A DNA stretch of 64,000 nucleotides from Candidatus Eiseniibacteriota bacterium (GCA_963717505.1 OY970342.1:2688001-2752000); one strand, 5' to 3'. Numbered from the stretch's first letter, positions 1 through 9,696 are shown. Translations and numbers: made by a program. The notes: generated from the letters alone by a model not told the origin.

Positions 1-908
1 AGAACCGCGAGGCGATCCAGGCCTTGCGCGCCGCGGTCGTGGCGCCGCTCGCAGCCGGTGCGCAGCTGGTCGGGCTGCTGTGGCTGAGCGAAAAGCGCAG
101 CGACGAGAACTATTCCAGCGAGGACATCGCGTTCCTGGGCACGATGGCCCGGCAGCTGGGCGCGGCCCTCGGATTTGCGTTGCAGGCGACCCAGATCGCC
201 GAGGCCCGTCAGTTCGAGTCGGTGCACCGCTTGTCTACCCACGTCTTGCACGACATCAAGAATCACATCTCGGGCCTGTCGTTGATGCTCGAGAACGCGC
301 GCAAACATCTGTCGAACCCCGATTTTCAGCGCGATGCTTTGATCGTGATCGAACGGACGGTCACGAATCTCCAGGGTCTCATGAGCCAGGTGGCCAGCGT
401 CGCGCGCAAGCCCGAGGTCCGCCGGCATCCGACGCCGCTCCAGGAACTGTTGCGCGACGCCGCGGCGGCGGCCGGACTCGGGCTCGCCGGCCACAACGGC
501 ATCCGGTTTCAGATCACGTGCGAGGTCGACGGCAACGTGCTCATGGACCGGGACCAGATGCTGCGGGTGGTCGCGAACCTGCTGACCAACGCGCGCGAAG
601 CGTTGCCCGGGCCGGGCGCCATCGACCTCGAGGCTTCGCGAGGGCGGCGTTCCGCGGGCGACGACTGGCTGAATATCGCCGTGCGTGACACCGGACGTGG
701 GATGAGCGAAGATTTCATTCGCAACTCCCTGTTCAAGCCGTTCACCACCACCAAGAACGCGGGCCTCGGCATCGGATTGGTGCAGTGCCGTGGCATCGTC
801 GAAGCGCATGGCGGCACGATCACCGTCGCCAGCAGCCCAGGGAACGGCACGACATTCACCGTGTGCATTCCCATGACGGATTCCTCGCCCAGGCCGGCCG
901 GAGCATGA
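1..908 (+). CDS. prsK: GAF-sensor histidine kinase, PrsK-like (PEP-CTERM system); 5'-truncated by the window edge
   Basis: GAF C-terminal part (EKRSDENYSSEDIAFL), H-box VLHDIKN, N-box NLLTNA, G1 DTGRGM, F-box LFKPFTTTK, G2 GLGIGL. Immediately upstream of a sigma54 activator. Confidence 0.75.
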   Translation, partial: NREAIQALRAAVVAPLAAGAQLVGLLWLSEKRSDENYSSEDIAFLGTMARQLGAALGFALQATQIAEARQFESVHRLSTHVLHDIKNHISGLSLMLENARKHLSNPDFQRDALIVIERTVTNLQGLMSQVASVARKPEVRRHPTPLQELLRDAAAAAGLGLAGHNGIRFQITCEVDGNVLMDRDQMLRVVANLLTNAREALPGPGAIDLEASRGRRSAGDDWLNIAVRDTGRGMSEDFIRNSLFKPFTTTKNAGLGIGLVQCRGIVEAHGGTITVASSPGNGTTFTVCIPMTDSSPRPAGA

Positions 909-912
909 CCCA

Positions 913-2325
913 TTGTCGACGACCGAAACGCCGCTCGAAAAGATCCTGATCGTCGAGGACGAGGAGGCGATCCGGAACCAGCTGCGCTGGGGACTCTCCG
1001 AGGACTACGAGGTGCTGTCGGCGGCGACCGCGGACGAAGCCCGTCACCTGCTGCGCACCGAGCGGCCGAGCGTCGTAGCGCTCGACGTCACCTTGAACAC
1101 GCCGGGACGTCCGGCCGAAGAGGGTCTCGAGCTGCTCGAGGAGATCGTCGACCGTTTCCCGCAGACCAAGGTGGTCATGGTCACCGGCAATACCAGTCGC
1201 GAGAACGCCCTGCTCGCGCTGCAGCGCGGCGCGGTCGACTGGTACGGCAAGCCGATCGACCTGGGCGAGCTCAAGCTGATCCTCAAGCGCGCACTCCACA
1301 TCCGCGCCATCGAGCAGGCCGAGCAGCGGGTGCTCAGCCGCCGGCGCTATCACGAGCAGGTTGGCGAGTCGGAGCCGATGCAGCGCGTGTTCTCGATGAT
1401 CCAGCGCGTGGCGCCGACTGACGCCACGGTCCTGATCATCGGCGAGAACGGCACCGGCAAGGAGCTGATCGCCCACGCGGTCCACCAGGCCGGCCCGCGA
1501 CGCGACCACCCCTTCGTGCCGATCCACTGTGGCGCGATTCCCGAGACGCTGATCGAGAGCGAGTTGTTCGGCCACGAGCGGGGAGCGTTCACCGACGCCC
1601 ATCGCGCGCGCGAGGGCAAGTTCGAGCTGGCGGAGGGCGGGACGGTCTTCCTCGACGAGATCGGTGAGCTGCCGCCGCCGGTGCAGGTCAAGCTGCTGCG
1701 CTTCCTCCAGGATCACCGAGTCGAGCGGGTCGGTGGCCGCGAGTCGCGCGAGGTCGATGTCCGAGTGGTGGCGGCGACCAACCGCGATCTCGGGGCGGCG
1801 ATCGCCGACTCGTCGTTTCGGCAGGATCTCTACTACCGGCTCGGGGTGGTGACCATCAAGGCGCCGCCGCTTCGTGACCGCGGCGACGACGTGCGCATTC
1901 TGGCCGAGTACTTCCTCGAGTACTACGCCCGGCACCACAAGCGGAAGATCCGCGGCTTCACCCAGTCGGCCCTGCGCGCCTTGGCTGTTCATCCCTGGCC
2001 CGGCAACGTCCGCGAACTCGAGAACCGGGTCCAACGCGCCATCATTCTGGCGCAGGACGCGTTCCTGCGGCCCGAGGACCTCGAGCTGGAGGAGGCTCGA
2101 GTCGACGAGACATCGACGCTCCAGTCCGCCCGCGATCGCGCCGAGCGCGAGACGCTGATCCAGGCCCTGGTGCGCAACGCGGGCAACATCACGCGTGCGG
2201 CGCGCGACGTCGACGTCAGCCGGCCGACGTTCCACGACCTCCTGCGCCGGCACGGGATCGAGGCCAGCCGGTACCGGCGCTCGGGGACCGGCGAGGCGGT
2301 CGAAGAGACCGAGGACGAGGCGTGA
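913..2325 (+). CDS. prsR: Sigma54-dependent response regulator (REC-AAA+-HTH), PrsR/NtrC family
   Basis: REC domain (ILIVEDE..IRNQLRWGL, typical of PrsR), Walker A GENGTGKE, ESELFGHERGAFTDA, FLDEIGE, WPGNVRELEN, Fis-type HTH. Confidence 0.8.
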   Translation: MSTTETPLEKILIVEDEEAIRNQLRWGLSEDYEVLSAATADEARHLLRTERPSVVALDVTLNTPGRPAEEGLELLEEIVDRFPQTKVVMVTGNTSRENALLALQRGAVDWYGKPIDLGELKLILKRALHIRAIEQAEQRVLSRRRYHEQVGESEPMQRVFSMIQRVAPTDATVLIIGENGTGKELIAHAVHQAGPRRDHPFVPIHCGAIPETLIESELFGHERGAFTDAHRAREGKFELAEGGTVFLDEIGELPPPVQVKLLRFLQDHRVERVGGRESREVDVRVVAATNRDLGAAIADSSFRQDLYYRLGVVTIKAPPLRDRGDDVRILAEYFLEYYARHHKRKIRGFTQSALRALAVHPWPGNVRELENRVQRAIILAQDAFLRPEDLELEEARVDETSTLQSARDRAERETLIQALVRNAGNITRAARDVDVSRPTFHDLLRRHGIEASRYRRSGTGEAVEETEDEA

Positions 2326-2380
2326 CCGCGGCCGCCCGGCCGGCCGCCCAACGAAACGCCCCGCGCCGGAACTCCGGGTC

Positions 2381-2428
2381 GGGGCGAATTCTGGGGCGAG
2401 TTTTAGGGCGAATCTTCGGGCCAATTCT
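2381..2428. repeat. Degenerate 12-bp tandem repeat, 4 copies
   Basis: GGGGCGAATTCT / GGGGCGAGTTTT / AGGGCGAATCTT / CGGGCCAATTCT, read directly from the sequence. Confidence 0.75.
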
Positions 2429-2579
2429 ATGGGGGGACATCGCTTTCAGAGTCGCGGGCCGCACGCGAACATCGTCCAACGCGCCCCCCCGTCACGTCGT
2501 GACCGAATGGATGTCCGCGACGCGCCGATCGATTCCAGCTTTTTCGGCTGGCTGAACGTCCTCTGAAATAATCCCGGAC

Positions 2580-3236
2580 ATGGACGAACCGCGCCCCACA
2601 CCCGCGTACTTCCTGGCCATCGCCGGCAACATCGGTGTCGGCAAGACCGAGCTCACCGTGCGACTCAGCGAGGAGCTGGGCTGGGACACCTACTTCGAGC
2701 CGGTGATCCAGAATCCCTACCTCGACCCGTTCTACGCCAACATGACCCGCTGGAGCTTCCACCTCCAGATCTACTTCCTGAGCGAGCGGTTCAAGGCGCA
2801 GGTCCAGGTCGGGGCTTCCGGGCGGCCGTTCATCCAGGACCGCACGATCTACGAGGACGCCGAGATCTTCGCGCGCACGCTGCACGACCAGGGCAGCATG
2901 ACCGAGGTCGACTACAAGAACTACCGGGCGCTGTTCGACATCCTCATGAGCTACCTGCGGCGGCCGGACATGATTCTGTATCTCAAGTCGAGTCCGGAAG
3001 AGCTGATGAAGCGGATCGCGCGCCGCGGGCGTCCGAGTGAGCAGTCCATCGGTTCCGACTACATTTCGCGGCTGAACCACGCGTACGACGATTGGATCCG
3101 CCGGGCGCGTGCCGAGACCGAGGTCCTCGAGATCGACACCGATCGCGTTCCGCTGCAGGGAGAAACCCCGGCGTTCCGAAAACTGGTGGACGAACTCAAG
3201 CGCCGGTACCCGCGCCAGTCCCAGCTCGGACTGTGA
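2580..3236 (+). CDS. Deoxynucleoside kinase (dAK/dCK/dGK family)
   Basis: P-loop AGNIGVGKT, EPV..NPYLDPFY, WSFHLQIYFL, DRTIYED, lid RIARRGR. Confidence 0.9.
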   Translation: MDEPRPTPAYFLAIAGNIGVGKTELTVRLSEELGWDTYFEPVIQNPYLDPFYANMTRWSFHLQIYFLSERFKAQVQVGASGRPFIQDRTIYEDAEIFARTLHDQGSMTEVDYKNYRALFDILMSYLRRPDMILYLKSSPEELMKRIARRGRPSEQSIGSDYISRLNHAYDDWIRRARAETEVLEIDTDRVPLQGETPAFRKLVDELKRRYPRQSQLGL

Positions 3237-3237
3237 A

Positions 3238-3256
3238 CGCGGCCGGAGAGGCCGCG
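3238..3256. terminator. GC hairpin between convergent genes
   Basis: CGCGGCC-GGAGA-GGCCGCG between the kinase stop and the ileS stop; no long U tract. Confidence 0.45.
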
Positions 3257-3260
3257 AACG

Positions 3261-6038
3261 CTAGCGCTTGAGCGCTTCGAGCACCCCCGCGCAGCGACCG
3301 CACACTGCGCCCTCGCCGGCGCTCACGTCGCTCCGATAGGTCCAGCAGCGGTCGCACTTGGAGTAGCTCGTGCGCTGGACGCGAATCGCGAGCGCGCCGG
3401 CCGCCTCGGAGAGGTTGACGCGCGCCACCATCAGGAACGCGGGTAGCTCGTCGCCGTAGCCTCGCAGCCTAGCGGCCGTAGCGGGGTCGGCCTGGAGGTC
3501 GACCTCGGCCTCGCTCGTGGTTGCGAGCGTGCGCGCCGCGCGCAGGGGCTCGATCGCGGCGTTGACCTGGTCGCGAATGCCGGTCAGGAATCGCCACTCC
3601 GCGTCGTCCGGCGGCGTCCCCCGATCTTCGGCCCAGAGGGCGAGGTGGACGCTCGGCGCTTCGGCCTTGAGTCCCGGGTGATGCTGCCAGGCCTCCTCGG
3701 CGGTGAACGCGAGAGCCGGCGACGTCGCGAGCAGCAGGTCGTGCAGCGCGCGCCACAACACGGTCTGCGCCGAACGGCGGTCGGGATCGTCTGGGGCCAG
3801 CGAGTAGAGCCGATCCTTGGCGATGTCGAGGAAGACGGCGGACAGGTCCACCGTGCAGACGTCGAGGATGCCGGCGATCGCGCGATGGAATTCGAGGGCC
3901 GCCCAGGCCTTGCGCACCTGGACCAGCCGGACCCGAAGCGAGTCGTCGAGCGCCCGGTCGATCCGCGTCAGACGTTCGCGCGGCACGGCCCGGGAAGGGT
4001 CGTAGTCGTGAAGGTTGCCAAGCAGGAATCGAAACGTGTTTCGCACCTTGCGATACGCCTCGGCGGTGCGCTGCAGGATCTCGTCGCCGACCCGTACGTC
4101 GGTGCGCCAGTCCGTGGCCAACGCCCACCAGCGAACGATCTCGGCGCCGTACTTGCCGACCACGTCGATCGGCGAAACCACGTTGCCGAGGGACTTGTGC
4201 ATGGCGCGTCCCTGCGAATCGAGCACCCAGCCGTGGGTGAGCACGTCGGTGTACGGTGCCTTTCCGGTGAGTCCGACGCCGACCATGAGCGAGGAGTTGA
4301 ACCAGCCGCGGTGCTGATCGGGGCCCTCGTAGTAGACGACCCGTCCGCCTTCCCGCTCGGCGCGGCTCCAGACAACATCGAGCTCGGGGTGGGTCGCGCG
4401 GACCGCGCGATGCGTGGTCCCCGAGTCGAACCAGACATCGAGGATGTCGGTCTCTTTGCGGAACGGTCCGCGGCCGCCACAGTGGCGGCACGCGTAGCCG
4501 TCCGGCAGGAAGTGCTCGACCGGCTTCTCGTACCAGGCGTCGGAGCCGTCGGCGCGCGTGACTTCGGCGACCCGCGCCATCACCCGGTCGTCGAGGTCGG
4601 GCTGGTCGCAGCTCTCGCAATAGATCGCGGGGATGCCGACGCCCCAGGCGCGCTGGCGTGACAGGCACCAATCCGGCCGCAGTCGGACCGCATCGTGAAT
4701 GCGGTTGCGGGACGAGGGCGGATCCCAGCGCACCTCGTGGTCGATGCTCGCCAGCGCACGGTCGCGGTGGCCGTCGTGGTCGATGATCATGAACCACTGG
4801 TCGGTGGCGCGGAAGATCACCGGATTGCGGCAGCGCCAGCAGTGGGGATAGGGGTGGCTGATGGTCCCCGAGGCGAGCAGGCGTCCGCGCTCGCGGAGCC
4901 ACGGGATGATCTGGTCGTGGACCGTGAGCACGCTCTCCCCGACGAACGGCTCGGCGCCAGCGGTGAATCGGCCGGCGGCGTCGACCGGGCACTCGACGCC
5001 CAGGCCGTTGCGCTGGCCGACCAGGAAGTCTTCCTTGCCGTGACCCGGTGCCGTGTGAACGATGCCGGTGCCGTCTTCCATGCTCACGAACGGCGTCCCG
5101 TCCACGACCCGCGAGTCGCGACCCCACGGACCTTCGAAGATCAGACCCACCAGATCGGCGCCACGCAGCCGCTCGCGCACCGCGGGCGAGGACCAGCCAG
5201 CTGCCTGCGCCACCGACTCGAGTCGCGGTTCGGCGACCAGCCACATGCCACCGCCCGCCTCGACCACGACGTAGTTCGCCGTCGGATCGACCATCAACCC
5301 GAGGTTCGCAGGCAGGGTCCACGGCGTCGTCGTCCAGGCGACCGCGGCCACCCCGGCATGACGCGCCAATCGGCCGTTCGGGTCGCGGCGCAACGGAAAC
5401 GAGACGTGGATCGACGGCGAGGCGTCGTCCTGATACTCGATCTCGGCTTCGGCCAGCGCCGTGCGATCGGTCGGACACCAGTGGATCGACCGCTGGCCGC
5501 GCTGGACGAAACCCTTGGCCGCAAGACCGGCGAACGCTTCCACGATCGCGGCCTCGAAGCCCGAGTCCATCGTCAGGTAGGGCCGATCCCAGTCCCCCCA
5601 GCAGCCGAGCCGCTCGAATTCCTCGCGCTGGATCTGCACCCACTTCTTTGCGTATTCGCGGCAGTGCCGGCGCAACGTCAGCCGATCGGCGGCGGCATCG
5701 CGCACCTTGAGGTCGCGCCCGACCTGGACCTCGATCGGCATGCCGTGGTTGTCCCAACCGGGCACAAAGGGAGCGTCGTCGCCCAGCAGGGAATGAACCC
5801 GGATCGCGGCGTCCTTCCAGATCTTGTTGGCCGCGGTTCCCATGTGTAGATGGTTGTTGGAGTAGGGCGGGCCGTCGTGCAGCAGCCACACCGGGCGTCC
5901 GCGGCGGGCCTGGCGCAGCGCGGCGTAGGTCCCGAGCCGGCGCCATTCCTCGAGGCGCTCGACTTCGCGGCGCGTGAGGTCCGCCTTCATCGGGAAGTCG
6001 GTGCGCGGCAGGTTCAGGGTGTCGCGGTATCCCGCCAC
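3261..6038 (-). CDS. ileS: Isoleucine--tRNA ligase (IleRS type 1)
   Basis: YRDTLNLPRTDFPMKA, HDGPPY, WTTTPWTLPAN, GTGIVHTAPGHG, DWCLSRQRAWG, DVWFDSG, EGPDQHRGWF, C-terminal Zn finger CDRCW..CGRC. GTG start at 6038 follows a GAGGAG SD. Confidence 0.97.
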   Translation of the reverse strand: MAGYRDTLNLPRTDFPMKADLTRREVERLEEWRRLGTYAALRQARRGRPVWLLHDGPPYSNNHLHMGTAANKIWKDAAIRVHSLLGDDAPFVPGWDNHGMPIEVQVGRDLKVRDAAADRLTLRRHCREYAKKWVQIQREEFERLGCWGDWDRPYLTMDSGFEAAIVEAFAGLAAKGFVQRGQRSIHWCPTDRTALAEAEIEYQDDASPSIHVSFPLRRDPNGRLARHAGVAAVAWTTTPWTLPANLGLMVDPTANYVVVEAGGGMWLVAEPRLESVAQAAGWSSPAVRERLRGADLVGLIFEGPWGRDSRVVDGTPFVSMEDGTGIVHTAPGHGKEDFLVGQRNGLGVECPVDAAGRFTAGAEPFVGESVLTVHDQIIPWLRERGRLLASGTISHPYPHCWRCRNPVIFRATDQWFMIIDHDGHRDRALASIDHEVRWDPPSSRNRIHDAVRLRPDWCLSRQRAWGVGIPAIYCESCDQPDLDDRVMARVAEVTRADGSDAWYEKPVEHFLPDGYACRHCGGRGPFRKETDILDVWFDSGTTHRAVRATHPELDVVWSRAEREGGRVVYYEGPDQHRGWFNSSLMVGVGLTGKAPYTDVLTHGWVLDSQGRAMHKSLGNVVSPIDVVGKYGAEIVRWWALATDWRTDVRVGDEILQRTAEAYRKVRNTFRFLLGNLHDYDPSRAVPRERLTRIDRALDDSLRVRLVQVRKAWAALEFHRAIAGILDVCTVDLSAVFLDIAKDRLYSLAPDDPDRRSAQTVLWRALHDLLLATSPALAFTAEEAWQHHPGLKAEAPSVHLALWAEDRGTPPDDAEWRFLTGIRDQVNAAIEPLRAARTLATTSEAEVDLQADPATAARLRGYGDELPAFLMVARVNLSEAAGALAIRVQRTSYSKCDRCWTYRSDVSAGEGAVCGRCAGVLEALKR

Positions 6039-6080
6039 GACGGACTCCTCTAAGAGGGGATGGGGAAAGATCGGCGGGGC

Positions 6081-6110
6081 AACATGCCACTGGAAACCGG
6101 AAGGGGTCAA
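6081..6110 (-). promoter_or_regulatory. Putative sigma70 promoter for ileS
   Basis: Minus strand TTGACC-N18-CATGTT, about 40 nt upstream of the start. Confidence 0.4.
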
Positions 6111-6205
6111 GCGCTGGAGGAGTTCGTGACGCCCCGGATGCGTCACGGCCAAACGGCCGCAATGACACCAGCCCTCCGGCACGCCCCAATTCGGCGCGCC
6201 CGACC

Positions 6206-6694
6206 CTACTGGTGGAGGATGAAACCGGAGCGCTGCACGCTCACGGTATCACGGAGTCCGCGGTGATCCTGGACGATGACCAGGCCCGAATTGAGGCACC
6301 GTCCGTCCGGCGTGAATTCGTACTGGTCCTGGGTGCCGGTGCCATTGTAGTAGACGATGCGCCTCGGCAGGTCCCACTTGGGGCCGACCACGCCGTTGTT
6401 GTGAATGTGGTAGTCGCAGTTCTGGTAGTCGAGATAGAAGCGGATGTTCTGGCTCTGCCCGGTCGCGATCGCCTTTTCGCGCGCCAGACGCATTTGGCCG
6501 GCGATGCTGGCGGCCGTGCCGATGAGGTTCTGGGTGGCGGCGTAGTTCAGGTACGAGGGAATGCTGAACGACATGATGATGCCCATGATGGCGAGGACGA
6601 CCATCAGCTCGAGCAGGGAGAAGCCTCGAGCCGACCGCTGACCCCTCGGGCTCGGCGCGGGGTTCAGGTCGACGGAACCTGGAGCGTGGCGCAC
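6206..6694 (-). CDS. Type IV pilin / pseudopilin (FimT/GspH-like)
   Basis: Prepilin motif RG|FSLLELMVVLAIMGII with Glu+5, then ARE.AIATG helix and C-terminal FTPDG...VSVQRSG. Start is approximate; the longer ORF call (to 7579) overlaps the protease. Confidence 0.85.
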   Translation of the reverse strand: MRHAPGSVDLNPAPSPRGQRSARGFSLLELMVVLAIMGIIMSFSIPSYLNYAATQNLIGTAASIAGQMRLAREKAIATGQSQNIRFYLDYQNCDYHIHNNGVVGPKWDLPRRIVYYNGTGTQDQYEFTPDGRCLNSGLVIVQDHRGLRDTVSVQRSGFILHQ

Positions 6695-6777
6695 CCCTGG
6701 GTTTTCGGCCGGGAATCCAGGCGTCTTGAGGGCTCGGCCGGCTCCGGTGGGGTGATTCGCCGATTGGCGGATTCGTC

Positions 6778-9600
6778 CTACGGCAGGACGATCCAGCGCA
6801 CGGCCGGAAGTCCGGGAGTGCGCGGTCGTGCGAAGTAGACCCCCGGTTGCCATTCCCGAGTGATGGCGGGGGTTGCCCGTGCCCGCCACAGATCGCCTTC
6901 GCGTTCCAGCGCCAGCGTCGCCAGGCGACGACCGGCGAGGTCGTACAGGTCCACCGCGGGGTCGGCCACCGCGGCGGCACTCCAGCGGAGATCGAGCGCT
7001 CGCCCACGGATCAAGGGATTGGGCCCGGCATGTCCACGGACCGGCTCGGCATCGACCGCCTCGGGAGCGTCCAACAGTACCGTGCCGTCGGTTCTCGTGC
7101 GCACCATGAAGCGCGCGTCGAGTGCAGGATAGCCGACGAAGGCGACCGAGACATCGAGAGGCCCGCGCGGGAGGACCATGGGCTGGAGTGCGTCGCCGCC
7201 GATGCCGTCGTTGATCAGCGTGCCGGCGGCATCCCAACCGCGGTCCGGATGCCACCGCCGATATCGCGCTTCCACTCGACTCTCCACCGAGGCTTCGTAC
7301 GCCAGGTGCAGGGTTCCGTGTCGGTCGGCGGCAAACGACAGCCCCTGAATCGGCAGGCCGCGGGATTCGAGGATCGTGTCTCGCGGCGAGGGTCGATTCT
7401 CCTGGGTGCGGCGATGGTACCTGAGCAGGTGGCTCCCGGGACCACTCGTGACCCAGATGACGTGCAACGTACCGTTCTCGTCGGTGGTGGCGCACAGACT
7501 GCTCGGATCGCCGCCGCCCGGAGGCGCCAACTGCATGGCCGGCGCTATCCCCGAGTCCGGATGACTGCGAGCGAACCATAGGCTCGGCGCGTTGGGATGC
7601 GCCGGGGTGCGCTGGGACCAGATCGCATGGGCTACGCCCGTGGGCGAGACAGCCACCGCCGGGAGCGAAGGGTATGCGTCCGGCGGGCTGACCGGACGAG
7701 ACCGGCCGATCGGGGAGCGATAGGTGAACTGCATGAAATGGACGCGCGCGGTGTCGGTGTCTGCGCCGAGAAAGGCCAGGCTGAGGACGCCGCGATGGTC
7801 GGCGGCAATCGCGGGCGACGTCGCTTGAGCAGGGGTGTCACCGAGCAACCGCTCGGTGGTCCAGCCACCCGCGATCCGACTCCGGAAATAGAGACGGGAT
7901 CGACCGGCGCGAATGTCGGCCCATACCACCGCCAGGTCGCCGCCTGGAAGCACGGCGAGCGAGGGCTCGAAGGCCGCGGTCGGGGCGCTGCTGACCTGAA
8001 ACCGGTCGTGCCACCCGTCGGCGCTCGACATCAGCACGATCTGGGGCCGCCCGCCCCGCCACTCGCTGCGCACCACGTAAGAGACGCCCCGATCGTCGAC
8101 GCCGCTGGTGACGGCCGGACCGTAAGAGGGAATCGGAGCGAAGGCCCCGGGAGTATGGTCGAGCGCCGTTTGCCAGTAGGGGGCGCGCACCTGGAGCCGG
8201 AATCCCATCAGGTCCGCGGGCAACCGCACGATGTCGGAGATCGCCAACTGCGTGACGGCGTTGTTGAACGTGCGCAAGTGCGGCACGGTTTCGTCGTCGA
8301 CATGGGTGCGCTGGAGGGATCCGGGCAACGGGTCGCTGCCATCCCCGCGATTGACGCCGAGGCGCAGGTCGTGATCGCCGTCGCCTTCGACCACGAGCAG
8401 GGCCGGTTCGGGCTCGATGTTGACCGAGTTCCGCGGTGTGCGGGCCCCGAGCAGAATGTCGTCCACGTGGTAGACGATCAGCCCTTCCGATGGCAGGAAG
8501 CGGTCGAAGCGGGCGCCTCGTTGGCGGTTCTCGATCAGGAAGTGCTCGGGATTCTTCTCGCCTTCGAACCACAGGTCGACGATCTTCCCGGTCGCGGAGA
8601 GTGGCTCGAGCGTCATGGTCGTGTCGCGTAGGGGCCGGATCGTCTGGTCCCAGCCGAGGAACTGGATCGGCCAGGCTCCCAGGTGAGAGGGAGACTCGGG
8701 GGAGACGCCATTCGAGCCATAACTGCCGGTTGCCATCAACGACCAGTTGCCGGGGCCGGCATTGGCAGCGCCGCCCAGGGCCGAAGTGTCGTACAAGTCG
8801 GGCAGTCCGAGGGCGTGTCCGAACTCGTGACAATAGACGCCGATCTCCGACAGGGCTCCTGAGTTCAGCGCCGAAAACTCGGGCAGGATCGAGAATCGAC
8901 TGATCAGGACGTTGCGATCGGGAGCCCCCGGGATCGTCGACGGGGTGCCGATCGGCCCGCCGTTGCGCCAGCCGCCGGTCGACGACGTGATCGACCACAT
9001 CGCGTTGCGATCCCCCGTTGCCTCTCCGGGAGCGCCGGCATGGACCAGCCACAGGATGTCCACATAGCCATCGCGATCGCGATCGAAACGATTCCAGTCG
9101 ATGGAGAGGGGCGACATGAAGACGGCGTCGCGCACGGCGCCGTACGCGTTCTCCGGCGTGTTGTTGGTTCCGACCCCGTAGCTGTTCGAGCCGTAGTAGC
9201 TCCGCGTGTTGGGAAGGGTCACGATCGAGACCACTTCGGCGATCACGCGCAGTCTGCCGCGCGAGGCCCAATCGTAGTAGTCCCGAACCGACCCAGTGGG
9301 GAATGCTCCCGTGGTGTCGAACAGGCTCGCGTTGAAGTCGGCGACGTCGTAGGTCAGAGGCTCGTCGGCAAACGCGGCCAGGATCACCGGAACGCGATAG
9401 GTTCCCGAGACCGCGCTGGTCGGTAGGCCGACTGCTCGCTCCGGAAGCTGGAACAGCCCTTCGGAAAATGCCTCCGCCACCGTTTCGGGCAGGGGCCCCG
9501 TCGCGGGAGGCATTGTGGCCGACGCCGGGCGAGCCGCCGCGAACAAGACGGCCGCTCCCAGGGACCACTGGACCATGGAGCGAAAGGTAACGATAGACAT
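6778..9600 (-). CDS. Secreted M6 (immune inhibitor A) family zinc metalloprotease with beta-rich middle region and T9SS-like CTD
   Basis: Signal peptide, GSVRDYY..ASRG, DRDRDGYVD, HAG, HEFGHALGLPDLYD, WSLMATGSY, EHFLIENRQ; C-terminus GPNP...LYDLAGRRLATL...QPGVYFAR. Confidence 0.9.
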   Translation of the reverse strand: MSIVTFRSMVQWSLGAAVLFAAARPASATMPPATGPLPETVAEAFSEGLFQLPERAVGLPTSAVSGTYRVPVILAAFADEPLTYDVADFNASLFDTTGAFPTGSVRDYYDWASRGRLRVIAEVVSIVTLPNTRSYYGSNSYGVGTNNTPENAYGAVRDAVFMSPLSIDWNRFDRDRDGYVDILWLVHAGAPGEATGDRNAMWSITSSTGGWRNGGPIGTPSTIPGAPDRNVLISRFSILPEFSALNSGALSEIGVYCHEFGHALGLPDLYDTSALGGAANAGPGNWSLMATGSYGSNGVSPESPSHLGAWPIQFLGWDQTIRPLRDTTMTLEPLSATGKIVDLWFEGEKNPEHFLIENRQRGARFDRFLPSEGLIVYHVDDILLGARTPRNSVNIEPEPALLVVEGDGDHDLRLGVNRGDGSDPLPGSLQRTHVDDETVPHLRTFNNAVTQLAISDIVRLPADLMGFRLQVRAPYWQTALDHTPGAFAPIPSYGPAVTSGVDDRGVSYVVRSEWRGGRPQIVLMSSADGWHDRFQVSSAPTAAFEPSLAVLPGGDLAVVWADIRAGRSRLYFRSRIAGGWTTERLLGDTPAQATSPAIAADHRGVLSLAFLGADTDTARVHFMQFTYRSPIGRSRPVSPPDAYPSLPAVAVSPTGVAHAIWSQRTPAHPNAPSLWFARSHPDSGIAPAMQLAPPGGGDPSSLCATTDENGTLHVIWVTSGPGSHLLRYHRRTQENRPSPRDTILESRGLPIQGLSFAADRHGTLHLAYEASVESRVEARYRRWHPDRGWDAAGTLINDGIGGDALQPMVLPRGPLDVSVAFVGYPALDARFMVRTRTDGTVLLDAPEAVDAEPVRGHAGPNPLIRGRALDLRWSAAAVADPAVDLYDLAGRRLATLALEREGDLWRARATPAITREWQPGVYFARPRTPGLPAVRWIVLP

Positions 9601-9696
9601 TGGGGACTCGACCTCGTCGAGTCCGGTCAACGAGGCTGTGAATGTACCACGAATCGTGAAGGCGAGGTCCAGATTGGTTTTCGGCCGTTTGCCACT

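Noticed and set aside
1582-1599. GAFTDA instead of GAFTGA in the sigma54 activator
   Set aside because: Common natural variant of the loop.
2381-2428. CRISPR-like array
   Set aside because: Adjacent 12-bp units with no spacers, and no cas genes.
6039-6205. T-box leader for ileS
   Set aside because: Leader is too short after the putative promoter and has no T-box consensus.
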